Origin: Ylistrum balloti
Lineage: Eukaryota
Direction of reading: 5' to 3'
Assembly: GCF_031769215.1 (NCBI RefSeq)
Contig: NW_026782366.1
Coordinates: forward strand, 124,001-188,000
Length of the DNA stretch: 64,000 nt
Shown: positions 1 to 13,795 of the stretch, piece by piece
Layout of the letters: every line of letters starts with the position of its first letter
Position numbering within the stretch: the first letter of the stretch is position 1
Translations under genes and position numbers: made by a program
Notes under the pieces: model-generated
The model's input: the letters and a program-made list of their open reading frames with translations, nothing else
Database searches by the model: none
Told to the model about the DNA's origin: nothing

Positions 1-372
1 TGGTGGAGGTGGGTAAATTAGTCGGTATGGTGTGGTGAAGGTGGGGAAACTAGTCGGTATGGTGTGGTGGAGGTGTGGAATCTAGTCGGTATGGTGTGGT
101 GGAGGTGTGGAATCTAGTCGGTATGGTGTGGTGGAGGTGTGGAATCTAGTTGGTATGGTGTGGTGGAGGTGTGGAATCTAGTTGGTATGGTGTGGTGGAG
201 GTGTGGAATCTAGTTGGTATGGTGTGGTGGAGGTGTGGAATCTAGTTGGTATGGTGTGGTGGAGGTGTGGAATCTAGTTGGTATGATGTGGTGGAGGTGT
301 GGAATCTAGTTGGTATGATGTGGTGGAGGTGTGGAATCTAGTTGGTATGGTGTGGTGGAGGTGTGGAAACTG
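1..372. repeat. 32-bp minisatellite (GGTATGGTGTGGTGGAGGTGTGGAATCTAGTT), runs off the left edge
   Basis: TCTAGT recurs every 32 bp (e.g. 81, 113); about 11 near-identical units with no unique spacers. The short ORFs here are repeat artefacts. Confidence 0.95.
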
Positions 373-702
373 GTCAAGATACTGCTTAGGAGAAAGATTA
401 ACCAGTCGGTATGCTGACGATCGTGAAGTAGGAAAACCAGCTTGGTTGCTGAGGTGGAATTTAAATATGTCACCCTTACTGAAATTGTCCTGTACCTTGT
501 AATACACGTATCTCAGTAACTGGATGTTTTCATATACTGCTGTATATTACTTCTCCCTATATCAAGTTTTGTCAGTAGAAAGGTTCAATAAAGGAAATTA
601 CAGTTCATCTTGTATCGTATACCTACTTGTAGAGTAATAGGAATAAGATGGGGAAAAATGATTATGATGATCGGACAACACAGACATAATAAGGTTATAA
701 AG

Positions 703-1680
703 TGATCGATTACAGGGACCTCTTAAGTCTAGAAAGATGATCGGATTCCGGGGACTTCTTAAGTCTGAAACAATGATTGGATTCCACGGTCTTCTATAGG
801 TTATGTAGTGATGGAACCAAGGACTGCTATAGGTTATACAGATATGGATTCAAGGAAGTTTTTAAGTCTAGAATGATGATCGGATTCCAGGGACTTCTTA
901 AGACTAGAAAGGAGATCGGATTCCATGGACTTCTTAAGACTAGAAAGGAGATCGGATTCCAGGGACTTCTTAAGACTAGAAAGGAGATCGGATTCCAGGG
1001 ACTTCTTAAGACTAGAAAGGAGATCGGATTCCAGGGACTTCTTAAGACTAGAAAGGAGATCGGATTCCAGGGACTTCTTAAGACTAGAAAGGAGATCGGA
1101 TTCCAGGGACTTCTTAAGACTAGAAAGGAAATCGGATTCCATGGACTTCTTAAGACTAGAATAATGATCAGATTCCATGGACTTCTTGAGACTAGAAAGG
1201 AGATCGGATTCCAGGGACTTCTTAAGACTAGAAAGGAGATCGGATTCCGGGGACTTCTTAAGACTAGAATGACGATCAGATTCCGGGGACTTCTTAATTC
1301 TAGAATGACGATCAGATTCCGGGGACTTCTTAATTCTAGAATGACGATCAGATTCCGGGGACTTCTTAATTCTAGAATGACGATCAGATTCCGGGGACTT
1401 CTTAATTCTAGAATGACGATCAGATTCCGGGGACTTCTTAAGTCTAGAAAGACGATCAGATTCCGGGGACTTCTTAATTCTAGAAAGACGATCAGATTCC
1501 GGGGACTTCTTAATTCTAGAATGACGATCGGATTCCTGGGACTTCTTAATTCTAGAATGATGATCGGATTCCAAGGATCTCTTTAGGTTAGAAAGTGGCA
1601 GTTCCCAAGGACTTTTTCAGATTAGAAAAAATTATCGCATTCCAGGGATCTCTAAAGGTTAGAATGATGATCGGATTTTG
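703..1680. repeat. 36-bp minisatellite (GGATTCCAGGGACTTCTTAAGACTAGAAAGGAGATC and variants)
   Basis: Core about 865-1580 with degenerate flanking units. The unit is a multiple of 3, which explains the 269-aa (+) and 246-aa (-) periodic ORFs. Confidence 0.95.
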
Positions 1681-2182
1681 CTGAAAATCGTCAGAAATTG
1701 CAATCCACAAATCAATACCCATCTTGTATTATGACAATGATTGTTGAAATGACCAGCGGGAAGTAATGTGTTTAAATAGGAGAGACATTGACCATGTGTA
1801 AAATGAGCCTCGCCATTTTCTGAATCAATTTCTTCCAGAACTCATTAAGGTACCCTAGATTACAGGTTCCCTGGTTGTATGGAACGACAAATCTGGAGGA
1901 GATTGTTTCTAAATATAACCTTTTTTATGAAGAGGATTAATATATGTTGTGCCTGTCATCTATTTCGGTTATCTTTGTTTATTTTATTTATACAATAAAA
2001 TTGTCAAAATTTAAATTTAAAATAATATATCATCGTTACTTTAATAAATGTTTTGTCTAACATTAGACAATGTCTTTCATTATAGTATCCTTTATCATAT
2101 CACCATATCCTAACAAAGGATATATAGAAGTAGGAGATATTTGGAGGGTTTTCTGTTTAAAAAAATAATGAAATTAATTTTT

Positions 2183-2813
2183 AACAAGAGGCCCCTTGGC
2201 CGTAACGGTCATCTGACTATAAAAAAATTCAGCAAGAAGGATTATTTTTCTACTTTGAATGAAATCTTACTAAGAAGCCTTTTACCATGATGTATATAAT
2301 GTAGTTTTGGTGAGGTGTAGGAATCTGTAACAAGTATCACCTATTTTTGACAGTAAAGTTTGAGCTCAATCCCACTGGTGAAACATGAGAAGTTTTAAAT
2401 AGGTGTTGCACTGGAAAACCATTATTGCGCAATCATATTACAAAATGGCCTTCCTGACTGCCGTACCGAAGTTTTGACAAGGTCGAAAAATAACAACACT
2501 TTGTTGGCTACCTTCCTAAACATTTCCACCAATTTTAGCTCAATGACATCAGTGGAACAGGAGAACAAGTTTAAAATATATGTTTCAAGATGGTGACCAT
2601 GGCGGCCATCTTGGGTTTCAGACATATCCGAAAAATAACTACACTTGGTCAGGACCATCTCAGGATCATTTCATGCAAGTTTGAGCTCAATCCCACTCGT
2701 GGAACTTGAGAAGAAGTTTTAAATGTCAAAGGTTACACTTAGTGGATGGCGCATGGCGGACAAAGCATGACGGCTGTGGGTCATCATGACCCGTTGGAAC
2801 AGATGACCTAAAA
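2183..2813 (+). mobile_element. Helentron/HINE-like non-autonomous element
   Basis: Starts AACAAGAGGCC after a T-run. Perfect 9-bp subterminal inverted repeat GGTCATCTG (2207-2215) / CAGATGACC (2800-2808). 3' hairpin GGGTCAT-C-ATGACCC (2778-2792); ends CTAAAA. No coding capacity. Confidence 0.75.
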
Positions 2814-2924
2814 TCGGGTTTGGGATTTTTTTTTTTTTTTTTTCGTTGTTTGAAATAAAAGCACCAATTTTGTCTGTGTCAAGTTACTTCTGTAACCGGG
2901 TGTTGTTCATTGACAGAATTCCCC

Positions 2925-3918
2925 CAACAGCTAAGTCCTGTTGTCAGGATGTCTATATAACACTATTACCAATAAGGTTCGGTTGTTAGGATGTCTGATT
3001 TTCCCGACGTTTTATAAGCTAGGTCATGTTTTCAGGCAGACTGTATAGCTTGACATCTAGCTAGGTCATGTTTTTAGGATGTCTATATAACACCTCAACA
3101 GGCTTGGCGCTGCTGTCATGATATCTGTATGATACTATATACAGCTTGGTCTTGTTGTCATGATGTCTGTATATTATGACATCTATTTAGGTCTTGTTGT
3201 CGTGATGTCTGTATAACATAACATCCAGCTAGGTCCTGTTGTCTTGATGTCTGTATAACATCACATCTAGCTAGGTCCTGTTGTCTTGATGTCTGTATAA
3301 CATGATATCTAGCCAGGTCCTGTTGTCAGTATGTCTGTATAACATGACATCTAGCTAGGTCCTGTTGTCATGATATCTGTATGATACTATATACAGCTAG
3401 GTCTTGTTGTCATGATGTCTGTATAACATGACATCTAGCTAGGTCCTGTTGTCATGATGTCTGTATAACATGACATCTAGCTAGGTCCTGTTGTCATGAT
3501 GTCTGTATAACATGACATCTAGCTAGGTCCTGTTGTCATGATGTCTGTATAACATCACATCTAGCTAGGTCCTGTTGTCATGATGTCTGTATAACATGAC
3601 ATCTAGCTAGGTCCTGTTGTCATGATGTCTGTATAACATCACATCTAGCTAGGTCCTGTTGTCATGATGTCTGTATAACATGACATCTAGCTAGGTCCTG
3701 TTGTCATGATGTCTGTATAACATGACATCTAGCTAGGTCCTGTTGTCATGATGTCTGTATAACATCACATCTAGCTAGGTCCTGTTGTCATGATGTCTGT
3801 ATAACATGACATCTAGCTAGGTCCTGTTGTCATGATGTCTTTGTAACATGACATCTAGCTAGCTCCTGTTGTGATGATGTCTGTATAACATGACATCTAG
3901 CTAGGTCCTGTTGTCAGT
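2925..3918. repeat. 42-bp minisatellite (CTAGCTAGGTCCTGTTGTCATGATGTCTGTATAACATGACAT)
   Basis: 42-bp period (GTATAAC at 3421 and 3463); homogeneous core about 3225-3918, degenerate units to the left. Confidence 0.95.
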
Positions 3919-4135
3919 AGGTATGTAAGTTGTAAAGGTTTTCGTTTTCCAGGAATCCTTTTTTTTCAAAGATGGAATACAATAATAACAACAGACATAA
4001 ATAAAATTAATTGTTTCATGTCTTCTATAAAAAAGGGCATTGTTTCTCCTTCAGGGGAAGCTATATATGGCAACTGATAAATATCCTTTAAGAACTTTGT
4101 TAAGAAATAGTGATAAGAAGAACTATTTAAGAAGA

Positions 4136-4258
4136 GACAGACAGACAGACTGACAGCCAGACAGACAGGCTGATAGATTGATGGATGGACAGATGGATGG
4201 ATGGATGGAAGTGTAGAAAATGTACAGTCATCCATCATCAGATGGTGGGTGAATAAAA
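4136..4258 (+). mobile_element. 3' remnant of a HINE-like element: (ACAG)n/(ATGG)n microsatellite plus terminal hairpin
   Basis: The microsatellite is followed by CCATC-ATCA-GATGG (4232-4245). The same terminal motif, after a GACG/GACA microsatellite, occurs near 26447-26460. Confidence 0.55.
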
Positions 4259-4816
4259 CATAACTCAATATACTTTATCATCAGTGTAATCAATTTATTG
4301 CATATCATGACAACTGAAATAAAGGACTACATATTAATGCAGTATTTCATACATTCAAAAATATCTTCTATACTGTATATTTTATCTAGAAAAAACTATT
4401 TCATTTTCTAAAGACAATATTAAAATTACATAAATACATACACATTAACAGTGACACAACTCAACGAATCCTTAATGTACACAAATATCAATGGTATAGT
4501 TATCTGTGGTATAAATAGGGGTTAATGTAACTGTTGTGGTTGTCATCAGTCTTTTCAAGTCGTTTTGCAAGTGAAATTGCAATATTAAATCACTTTTATG
4601 TTCCATTCAAATATTTTCATGATCCCATCACAAAGAATTGGTCATGAGGCATGTCACTGGTCAAATCTAAATGTTGATGAAAAACGATGGTGCATGCTGA
4701 AGTGAGGTAATTTTGGTAGAAATGTTTCCACAAATGTTATTTGTTCATGAGATGAGTCTCTAACACTATCTCATATAACACTACATCCATCAAAAATTAG
4801 GTTTAAATGAATGAGG

Positions 4817-7800
4817 TCAGAAAGCAATTTTCTTCTTCTTTTTTGACTTTTCATGTTTCTTCATTTCTTCCTGTTCCAGTCTTCTCTCTAGGGCTTGTCT
4901 GCGTAGATACTCAGAGTCCTAAACAAAATGATTAAATAATTCATCTCCATTGATTGGACAGTTATGACATAATATGTTCAATAATAATAGGCCAAGTGTA
5001 TGACATACATTAAGACATAGCCATTACAATACAATATGCTGATACAACAATAAATACTCAAATTTATGTTTGTGCACATTTTATGTTCATCTTTCCCTAC
5101 ACTGAAGTATAATTTTCTCATTGTTGTGGCTTAAGGGAGATAACTCTACCTTTACTGGCGACCCCTCAGGTGTGTTGGAAGCAGAACTCTTTGGACTCTT
5201 TGCAGGACTTGTTTTTGGACGGACTTTGTCGGGAGACACACTCTTTGGACCAGTAATGGATGGTGGGAGCCGATTTGACCCCCATGATGGACCAGATGAC
5301 CCCTTCCTCTCAGCTACATCACCCAAACTCTCATCATCAAACTCTTCATTGTTGTCGTCCTCTGATAACAAAGTAGTACACAAATGTCACATACAATATA
5401 GAAAGAATATTTAGTACACACAACGGTATGAGTATAGAAAATAATCTATTTATCAGTGAGGACACATGTGATTGGATGTGGTTTGATGAGCACCTTAAAC
5501 TAACTCCATCAATATGTTTTTATATTGTAAAAAGAATATATTATTTACATGTATATCATGAATGTCACAATACATGAAAAAGAATTAAGATAAAAGTATC
5601 GGCTTCAGGATAAAAAGAACTACATATTACATTCAGGCATCTAAAGCAGTGACACAGAAATTAAAATAAAAAACTTTCTATGTTTAGCAAATGATTTCAG
5701 AAATACACATCCAAACACCATTATTCCAAATATTTCTGATTAAGATAGGTTTGGGAGGCATTAATCCAGTCTTATTAATCTAAATACAGTCATTAAGTCA
5801 ATTTAATTAACCTAAAACAGCCATTAATTAAGCCAACCTAATTAATCTAAACCAGATTCTTTTTAATATATCTCAATTCCTTGTGAACCTGAAGCTCTGT
5901 AGAGAAATAGAGTATGGATACTGTCAACATACCTTTTGTGGGCGATCTGTTGATCCAAGCATATTTTGTCATGATTTGTCTGTATAGATCTTGGCCAGCT
6001 TCATCGAATGCTGTACTCCCAAGAGATTTTACAGAGTTTTCAAACATCTGAAGTAACCAACAATATTTGATCATATACAGATAACAAATGATTACAGAAA
6101 AATGATTTTAAGCTAGTGCTTGTCTTTTAAAACTTTAAAAAAAAATTTATATTTCATAAAATTAAACATACATGTAGTTAATTGCTACTAATAAATTTGT
6201 TTGAAAACACTATTTCTTTAAAGTAAGAGGCTCAGAGAGCCTCTACCACTCACTTGGCTATTAAAGCAAATATTTTTTTCACTCAAATCAGTATTGTAAG
6301 TCATTATATGTTCTGTAATCTGTGTTTAAGGTTCAAATCTACATAAGAAATTATTTACATTGCTTGTCTACACAATATAATCCATACCGATCATTTTCAA
6401 TAATCTGGTTATCCAGACAGCGTATTGACATGTACATTTTCTGGTGATCATAAAAACAGATCAGATGGATGTACAGTTACCACATTCCACAAGTAAGTAT
6501 TCATGTCATGTGAATTGATGTGAATTATTAGGAAAGGAGATTGACAGTAAAGAATGCTAATTCCATTCCAAGGCTTACCTTTGACATCAACATCTCATTT
6601 TCAAAAGCTGTCTCCACAAAACTCTTAGTTTCAATGTGTTCTAGAAAAAAACAATGTTGATTTGGAAGACATTACCAGTATTCAATTAGGTCATGGTTAA
6701 AACAATGACACAGATCTTTGGATTATTGAGGCATTGAACTGCTTTCAAGTCAATTGACATTCATGGGCATCTGAATGCCAATGGGATACAGGCAGGGTCA
6801 ATGAAGCGTGTTAGTGCTGCATATGCCTTTATCCAGTATTCATATTCAGTATTCATACTGCCCACGAATATCAACTTATAGATCCAATGAAGCTCTGGAT
6901 TAAACTTGGTCAAAATACTTCAGAAGATGACCACTAAAGCTTTTCCACTGTAACCTATTATTTTATTAAGGTGATTTATATGAATGAATTTTGCACCCCA
7001 TTTCAGGTATTCCTGGCAAAGCATTAACACCATGGGTCTTCTTTAATTTGAATAGATTCTTTTGTTTTACAATTTTGGCTCCTGTGACTGTCAGGGTAGG
7101 TCTAGCTTGTTTATATGAAGAAATGTAAGAGCCCTCTATCCCAGGTTCATGTTCATCAGATATAAGGATTCAATTGCGATCACTCTTCAAAAAGCAAAAT
7201 ATTGACAGAGGGAATGACAATACGACCAATGCTTCAGTATGGTGTAAACTCTCTGGTACTTTGTGTCATGTGAGCTAAAATCATTATAAAGCTACAGAGG
7301 ATTTCCTCTATATTTCACAACAGCTGCTGAAATCATGTCTGTTCTGTGAAGGCATAAAGAAATGCTTACTTCTTGAGGTCTTCACACCCTGAGATTTGTA
7401 ATCATCTATTTCCTTGTCTTTATTTTGGACAACCTTGACAAGTTCCTTCTGCCGTCGTGTCAACTCACAGACCATACCCATCAATGGTATTATAAGGTTT
7501 TCTGATACCTGAATACATAGAGATTTCTATATATGAGATCAATGTATAAAATTTTAAGTAATATATAATTGTGGATATGTACAGTAACAATATTGCTGTG
7601 ATTGATGAACTGTCAGATATACATCCAGTAAAAGTATATTGAAAATAGCCGAGGCCTACATATACAAAAATCCCTATACTGGGTGACTAGTAAGTCCATG
7701 TGTGTTTTTTCAGAGCTTCACACTTTTTAAACCTTACTTTTTTATGGTTTTATATATATATATAGATACCAAAACATACCAATATAAGTATACTGTGAGG

Positions 7801-9488
7801 AGGTTTTGATATATTTCTGTTTTATTCAGAATTACTTTAACATTTATCATTAATGATCACCAAACCAACTATGACTAACGACTGATCAGTGAAAAGCTGA
7901 AAAAATATATACAAAGTACATTTGTAAGTTTAAATACATTTATCACAATGTTCACATGTAAACTAATCCCTTTTCAGGTCTGCCCTACTTCATATAAATA
8001 AGTGTTCATGATCAGTAACAATGAAAAATACATCTGCGTAATGGAGCACTCATTTGATACTCAAGCTTACCATCTCACTGTCAGCCACATTGGCAATGAA
8101 GTTCCACACAAAAGGCATTCCTGCCAACTGAGAGGTGATCTTCAACATAATTTTTTCCTGGTTATCTTCACCACTTGAAGACTTAAAACCAACGGACAAG
8201 GTTGTCTCCCTTTCTGGAAATTCAATACTACTCCTAATCTGATCCAGAATCCTAGTTAATGATGCCTCTATGCTAGGATTCAATTTCTGGAAAATGATTT
8301 ATCATATCAAAATTTATTGAGGAAAAGCATGTGGATTATTTAATACATATGTAAGTATTCAACCTGAAAACTTCAAAGCATTATGTTCTAATCTGTTAAC
8401 TTAGTTTGAAGATAAGGGTGAAAGTACTTATCCTTTCTTCTACTATGTCTTTTCTACATAGACATGATACAAACCAATTAATTTCCCAATAATTTTATTC
8501 TAATTCAGGTCAGTTAAAAAAACATGTACCTTTGTAAGAAAACAAAGAACACTTTTTCATGTTAAAAATAATGACAGTTTCCTAGTCTTGACAAAATGTT
8601 TAGTTCAAAATTTTGGTACATTATATTTTCATCACATATGAATTCATTCTACTTTTCACTGCTAACAGAAACAAGTTTCAGTGAATCCAGAAGTTACTTG
8701 ACAGCCAGAATTTATTATATATGTAGTGTACAAAAACAATGATACCACTACAGTAGAATTTAGAATGTGTATAGTAATAAATAAATCAAGAAGGACAAAT
8801 ATACAGTAGGTAAAACAATGTATACATACTACATAAGAAATATAATATTAATTAACTTATTTATCCATCACCACTCTTTCAAATTTTCAGTGGGGTTATA
8901 TGTATATTGCTTGAACGTCTCTACTAGTCACAGACTTATTCTTGCCATGAACCAATTCCAGCCACAATTCAAATAGATCCAAACTCAAATATCACAAAAA
9001 AGAACTAGAGTGAATTTATACCACAGATGTATTGTAGATGTAATTTACATGCCTATATTCTAAGTCAAACATTTGATTTCATATAGTTAATCATAAACAT
9101 TGTATAACAGATCAATTTCAAAGTAAGATAATGACTTCTTTTTAAATAAGTTACTTATGATTACATAATTAGCTCTTTTATGCATGTATCATGACTCTTT
9201 GAAATGCTGGTTTAATTACAATTTAATACATGTACATATCTTGTATCATATTTTTCGCAAGATTAGAGATGTTATCTAGTGTACTGGTACCTGTATCCTT
9301 TTCCTAAGGGCTATGTCCTCTAGTTCCTCATACCAGAAATGGACCAGATCTGTGATAAGGATCTCATAGGAGTTCTCAGTGAACCTAAACTTGATAAGAT
9401 ATTTAATTCCTTCAACCTCTATTGCTTGCCAAGGACACGAACCAAGATCAGGCTTCCATTTCCTCCGCCATTCTATTTCAGATGTCAT
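4817..9488 (-). CDS. NHEJ1: Non-homologous end-joining factor 1 (XLF/Cernunnos), 7 exons, 347 aa
   Basis: Exons 9488-9291, 8286-8071, 7508-7370, 6640-6579, 6047-5933, 5361-5150, 4918-4817; all GT-AG and phase-compatible (1044 nt). Motifs match human XLF as recalled: ITDLVHFWYEE (VSDLQQVWHEQ), SQLAGMPFVWNF (SELSGLPFYWNF), VSENLIIPLMGM (VSQHLIRPLMGM), KDKEIDDY (KDLEIQDY). Basic C-terminus KSKKKKKIAF. Confidence 0.93.
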
Positions 9489-11639
9489 GATTGCTCTGAA
9501 AAGTTTGTAAATCATATAATTTACTAATCTGATTATTTTGACGTTTTATCAGAATTTTCTAAATTCTATCGCATAGTGGTCTAGCGTCGCTTAACAGCAT
9601 TAAATCATTTGGACCGATCATTTATATATCTGTCAACCTTTCTTTTTCCAAAATGCATGCAAAATAATCTAAAACACTTCTTAAGTTATTTGACAAAAAT
9701 ACTAAGCAGTGTCCTAATTTGAAACCCATTTCAGGAACAGTTATAATTTGACAGTGAGTTATCCTGTTATCTGTATGACTGTCTAAATCTAATGCATTAA
9801 ACTGATTATTAGGTGTGTAACTCAACTGTGGGGTTATCCTAATATACAGATTCCTATCAGTGTCGAATAAGGCTGGTTATATCGAACTGAAGACCAATTT
9901 AAAAAGCATCGCTAAGAACAAACAGGGACAAAAGACACTTAAGAGCAAAAAGACCTGTTTGCGATCTTCCACCATTGATTGCCGGAAATGACAGGGAAGT
10001 AACTCTAAGTATAACTAATTCTACTTTCTCTTTCATCGGAACAGGCTGGTTCGATAGAGCGTTTTAAATACACCAGTTCTAGGTAAATTAATTCATATAT
10101 CGTATCCAAATATTTGATCGTCATTAACTCAAAGTAAGCAATGAGACCAGACAAAATTTCATCAAACTTTTTGAAATTTTTAAAAACATTCATTATGCAC
10201 TTATTTTTTTTTTTAATTTTAGAAAAAAAAATGCTGTAAACTCTCTATGCTGATTTTGCTCATGCTTTGTTTGTTGGCTAATCCCAAAAGTACCAGTGTT
10301 CCCTCAGGAAAAATCGCATAGACGCTTCACATATATCTTGTAGTGTTATTTTCTATGTCTTATTTAACGGTATTGTTTTATATGTTTGGTTTATGTACAC
10401 GTTGACCGTGTTAACTTAGATAGGGTGCCAGTGTTACCCGTAATCTTATGATGTATTAATTACCTTGATCTGTGTTTGTCCATGAAGCACTGTTTGGATT
10501 TGTTGCCACGTAGTTCAACAGGTATAAATTAGGTTATTTACGGTCTCCTTATCTATATCACCCACGGCCATCATTAACTCATCCCTAATTGACTTCTAAA
10601 TGTTATGCACGTAATTAGGTCAATTTGCCAGACTGCTCTGACAGGATCCGTTTGCCCGACCGAGTATAAAAAAATAGTATAAAAAGAGCGGGAGAGTTTA
10701 ATTCGGAGAATTCGATTTTGAGATGCCTATGTGTTAGAGATGGAGTACCCTATATCGACGAGAGTGATGATGCTTGCTGTTTACGTAAACTTTTACGATT
10801 ACACCGCATGCGCTAACTGTCAAAACAAACGTTTGTTTGCATACTTCATTTTATCTGTTATTCTGCAATCATCTTATTTACAGACTTACAGAAAATGTTT
10901 CAGGTTTGTTGAAAGCCCTTAATTGGCCGAAACTTCATTACCACAGAAACCTCTCTTCCCTTATAATGCCTTTCATTGTTATACACTGTCTATAAGCTTT
11001 TAAAAAAATACAAATTCTAGTTTCCTTCCAGAATCCATAAATAATATATGGACGCAATTTGTTTCCCTGTAACCATCCGACCCTGAAACAACCTGCTAAC
11101 AAACTGCTACCAAACATCGCACTGATATAACACCATTCAAAACAGAGTTCACAAATACAGGTCATTTGTAAAGTTAATTAAATCGAGACGAAAATCAGGG
11201 TCACATATGACAGGAAGTCGCTTAATTCAGATGGTCGCTATTATAAGGAAGGCTTGACGGTAGTATTTAGATAACGAAAACCATATACTAAAACTCAATT
11301 TCTAATGCAAAATAACGCTACCCTGGAACCCAAATAACTCTTTTCTTCAAATTTCCAGAGGAAAAATATCATAGTATTTTAAAGATTGAACCGTTCATGT
11401 ATCAAAAATCAATTTCTAAAGCACTTCTTCTAACTGAAAAGTGAAGGGAAGTAACTCTGGGATATGAAAAATAATCGGAACGGTGGTCAATTTCTTGACC
11501 ACTTACTGATAAGGGACACCTAGCTAGTACTGTAGCTATAGCGCTAGCGTTTAATATCTTATATTAGTGAGTTTATTAGCTCGTCGAAAGGTCTGGTGTG
11601 CGTTGTGTACTTTATTTATTTTCTCACTTCTTTATAGTC

Positions 11640-13326
11640 ATGAAAGTTTTTGTTTACGGGGCACTGCAAAGAGGTCAGCCGAACTCACATCTATTTGACA
11701 ACACAAAGGACGGTCATTACAAGTACTTGGGTGTTGGAATAACTGTTAAAAAGTATCCTCTTGTGATAGCCTCGAGGTTCAATATACCGTTTATGTTGCA
11801 CGTTGAGGATAGCGGCAATGTAAGTAAACTGCACCACAATCGGATTCGTCGCTCAGTAGGGTCAGTTTGGTTTCACAAAACATACTTTTAATACCCAGCC
11901 ATATACAAATTTGTATTTCCCTTGTATATTGTTTTGATAGTTCTACATAAGTTTGCTAATTTTATTTATTTATTTTTTTATATTAAAAGTGTTATCGAAA
12001 CAAGATTCAATGACATATATAATCGATAAGATAAACAGAATAATTTCTGTCCATGCTGACCTGAATTTTGGACTTTAATAGTGAATTATTATCATTGATA
12101 AATTATGAGAAATTGATTCTTGAATTTCATATTTAAGTAACCCTTAATCCGGATGTGTGCATATCAAAGTTCGGGATTGATCGGAAAATAATTACTGCTC
12201 CTAGTGACCATCTTGGATTTTGATGACAATTAAAGGTTAATTTTGATGTCGGCTTATCGCTATTTTTTGAGAAGTTCGGAATAGATTATTTTCAAATCCT
12301 ACATGTATTAATGCATTTTCGAACCTTTACTGGCTATTTAACCCAAGCAGTCCCTAATACTAGCTTTCGCGAGATTTATTACATAAACAAACAGCATATC
12401 AGAGAAAAGTTATTCATTGTTAAATTTGTAGTGTACATATAAAAACTCTGGGTCTTCTCAAAATCGGATACAGGGCGCGGCAACGCTTCACCATCTCTAA
12501 CAAAATGTTAATAGATCAAGAAAACCGCTGGTCAGTCCGTAAATTAGGACCAGCAATTATTTCTATAAAGCATCAGTTAAAAACAATTAAACCGAATTTT
12601 AACCCCATTACTATTACTATATAAGAATGGGGTCATTTCATGCGTATTGTACTGATCAAGTTGTCTTCTGTCTTTTCAAATGATGAAGTTTGTAAATCTT
12701 AGTGTGCTGTCTTCTTGCATCTTCTGCCATTATAATTCACGGGATATATTTAGTAAGACTTTTAGAAGTCCCTTAAATGGTCTGTAAAGATACGTACGAT
12801 GTTTTAATGAATGATTAGAAACAAAAATGTTATGAATATCTATTGTGCATACGCTATTGTTTTTACTTTTTTACCAAATATCTACATGTTTACCCTTTGA
12901 AATCATTACAATATTAGCAAATTTACGGTTAGGTTAGTGAAAATATTGTTCACTGAGAACGCGTAGAGTCACCATGCTTTTTATTTGCATATTTAACCAA
13001 CGTTAATTATCCATTTAATGTAGAGAATAAAAGGCGAGGTATATGACGTAAACGAGCCAGTGTTGGACGCCCTGGATGAACTAGAAGGTCATCCAAACTT
13101 CTACCGCCGCGAGGTGATCCCAGTGACTTGTGAGGATGGTTCTACTCTGGAATGTGGCTGCTACTTTCTGTTAAACTTCCGGAAGGATCTGTTGGAACTG
13201 CCCTTCCACGACTCTTACCATTACAAAGGGTCACATAACTTGACATTTTCTATGCCTAGTGCAAAGGAAGGCGAGAACGAACTCGAAGAGAGGCGCAGTT
13301 TTCTCTCCTCTGTTATAAATATTTAA
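11640..13326 (+). CDS. GGACT: Gamma-glutamylaminecyclotransferase-like, copy 1 (2 coding exons, 160 aa)
   Basis: Exons 11640-11819 and 13024-13326 (GTAAGT / TGTAG). Motifs VFVYGALQRGQPN, YPLVIAS..NIPF, GEVY, LDELEGHP (catalytic Glu) and DSY..GSH match the GGACT/AIG2-like family. Confidence 0.92.
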
Positions 13327-13795
13327 ATCTTCAAAACATACACATATCAACTGCATGCACTGATATATTATATCATAGTGTATTATTTTGTACATTGAAC
13401 ACTGCATACTGTGTGTGCTATATTGAATATTGTACAAAGTAACTTACATCATATAGGTATATTGAACCTTGTATATTTTACTCCGAATGCAGTGTATTAT
13501 ATACATAATTCTCACAATGTATTTTTTAAACTGTAAATGATGTTCTATATTTTGTATTTACTTCATATAACATATAAACTATATACAGTACATGTTGTGT
13601 TATGATTCTTATCACGCACGTCCTGTACAATACATTATACATAGTACTGTGTAAAACTTAACACTTTATGATATATCTTAATTGTTATTTTTGTTATACT
13701 GTTTCTAATTCTAAATTTGCATTAATTGACTTGTATGTTTGTTGTACAACACATTTTACATGGTTACATTTGCGCTGTAGATCATCCTTGATAAT

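Noticed and set aside
6641-7369. Less AT-rich XLF intron 3 with a ~97-codon minus-strand frame interrupted by one TGA (…KSDRN*ILISDEHEPGIEGSY…)
   Set aside because: No start codon, no recognisable family, no SECIS seen and no compatible splice sites; probably an old insertion or chance. A tBLASTx search would settle it.
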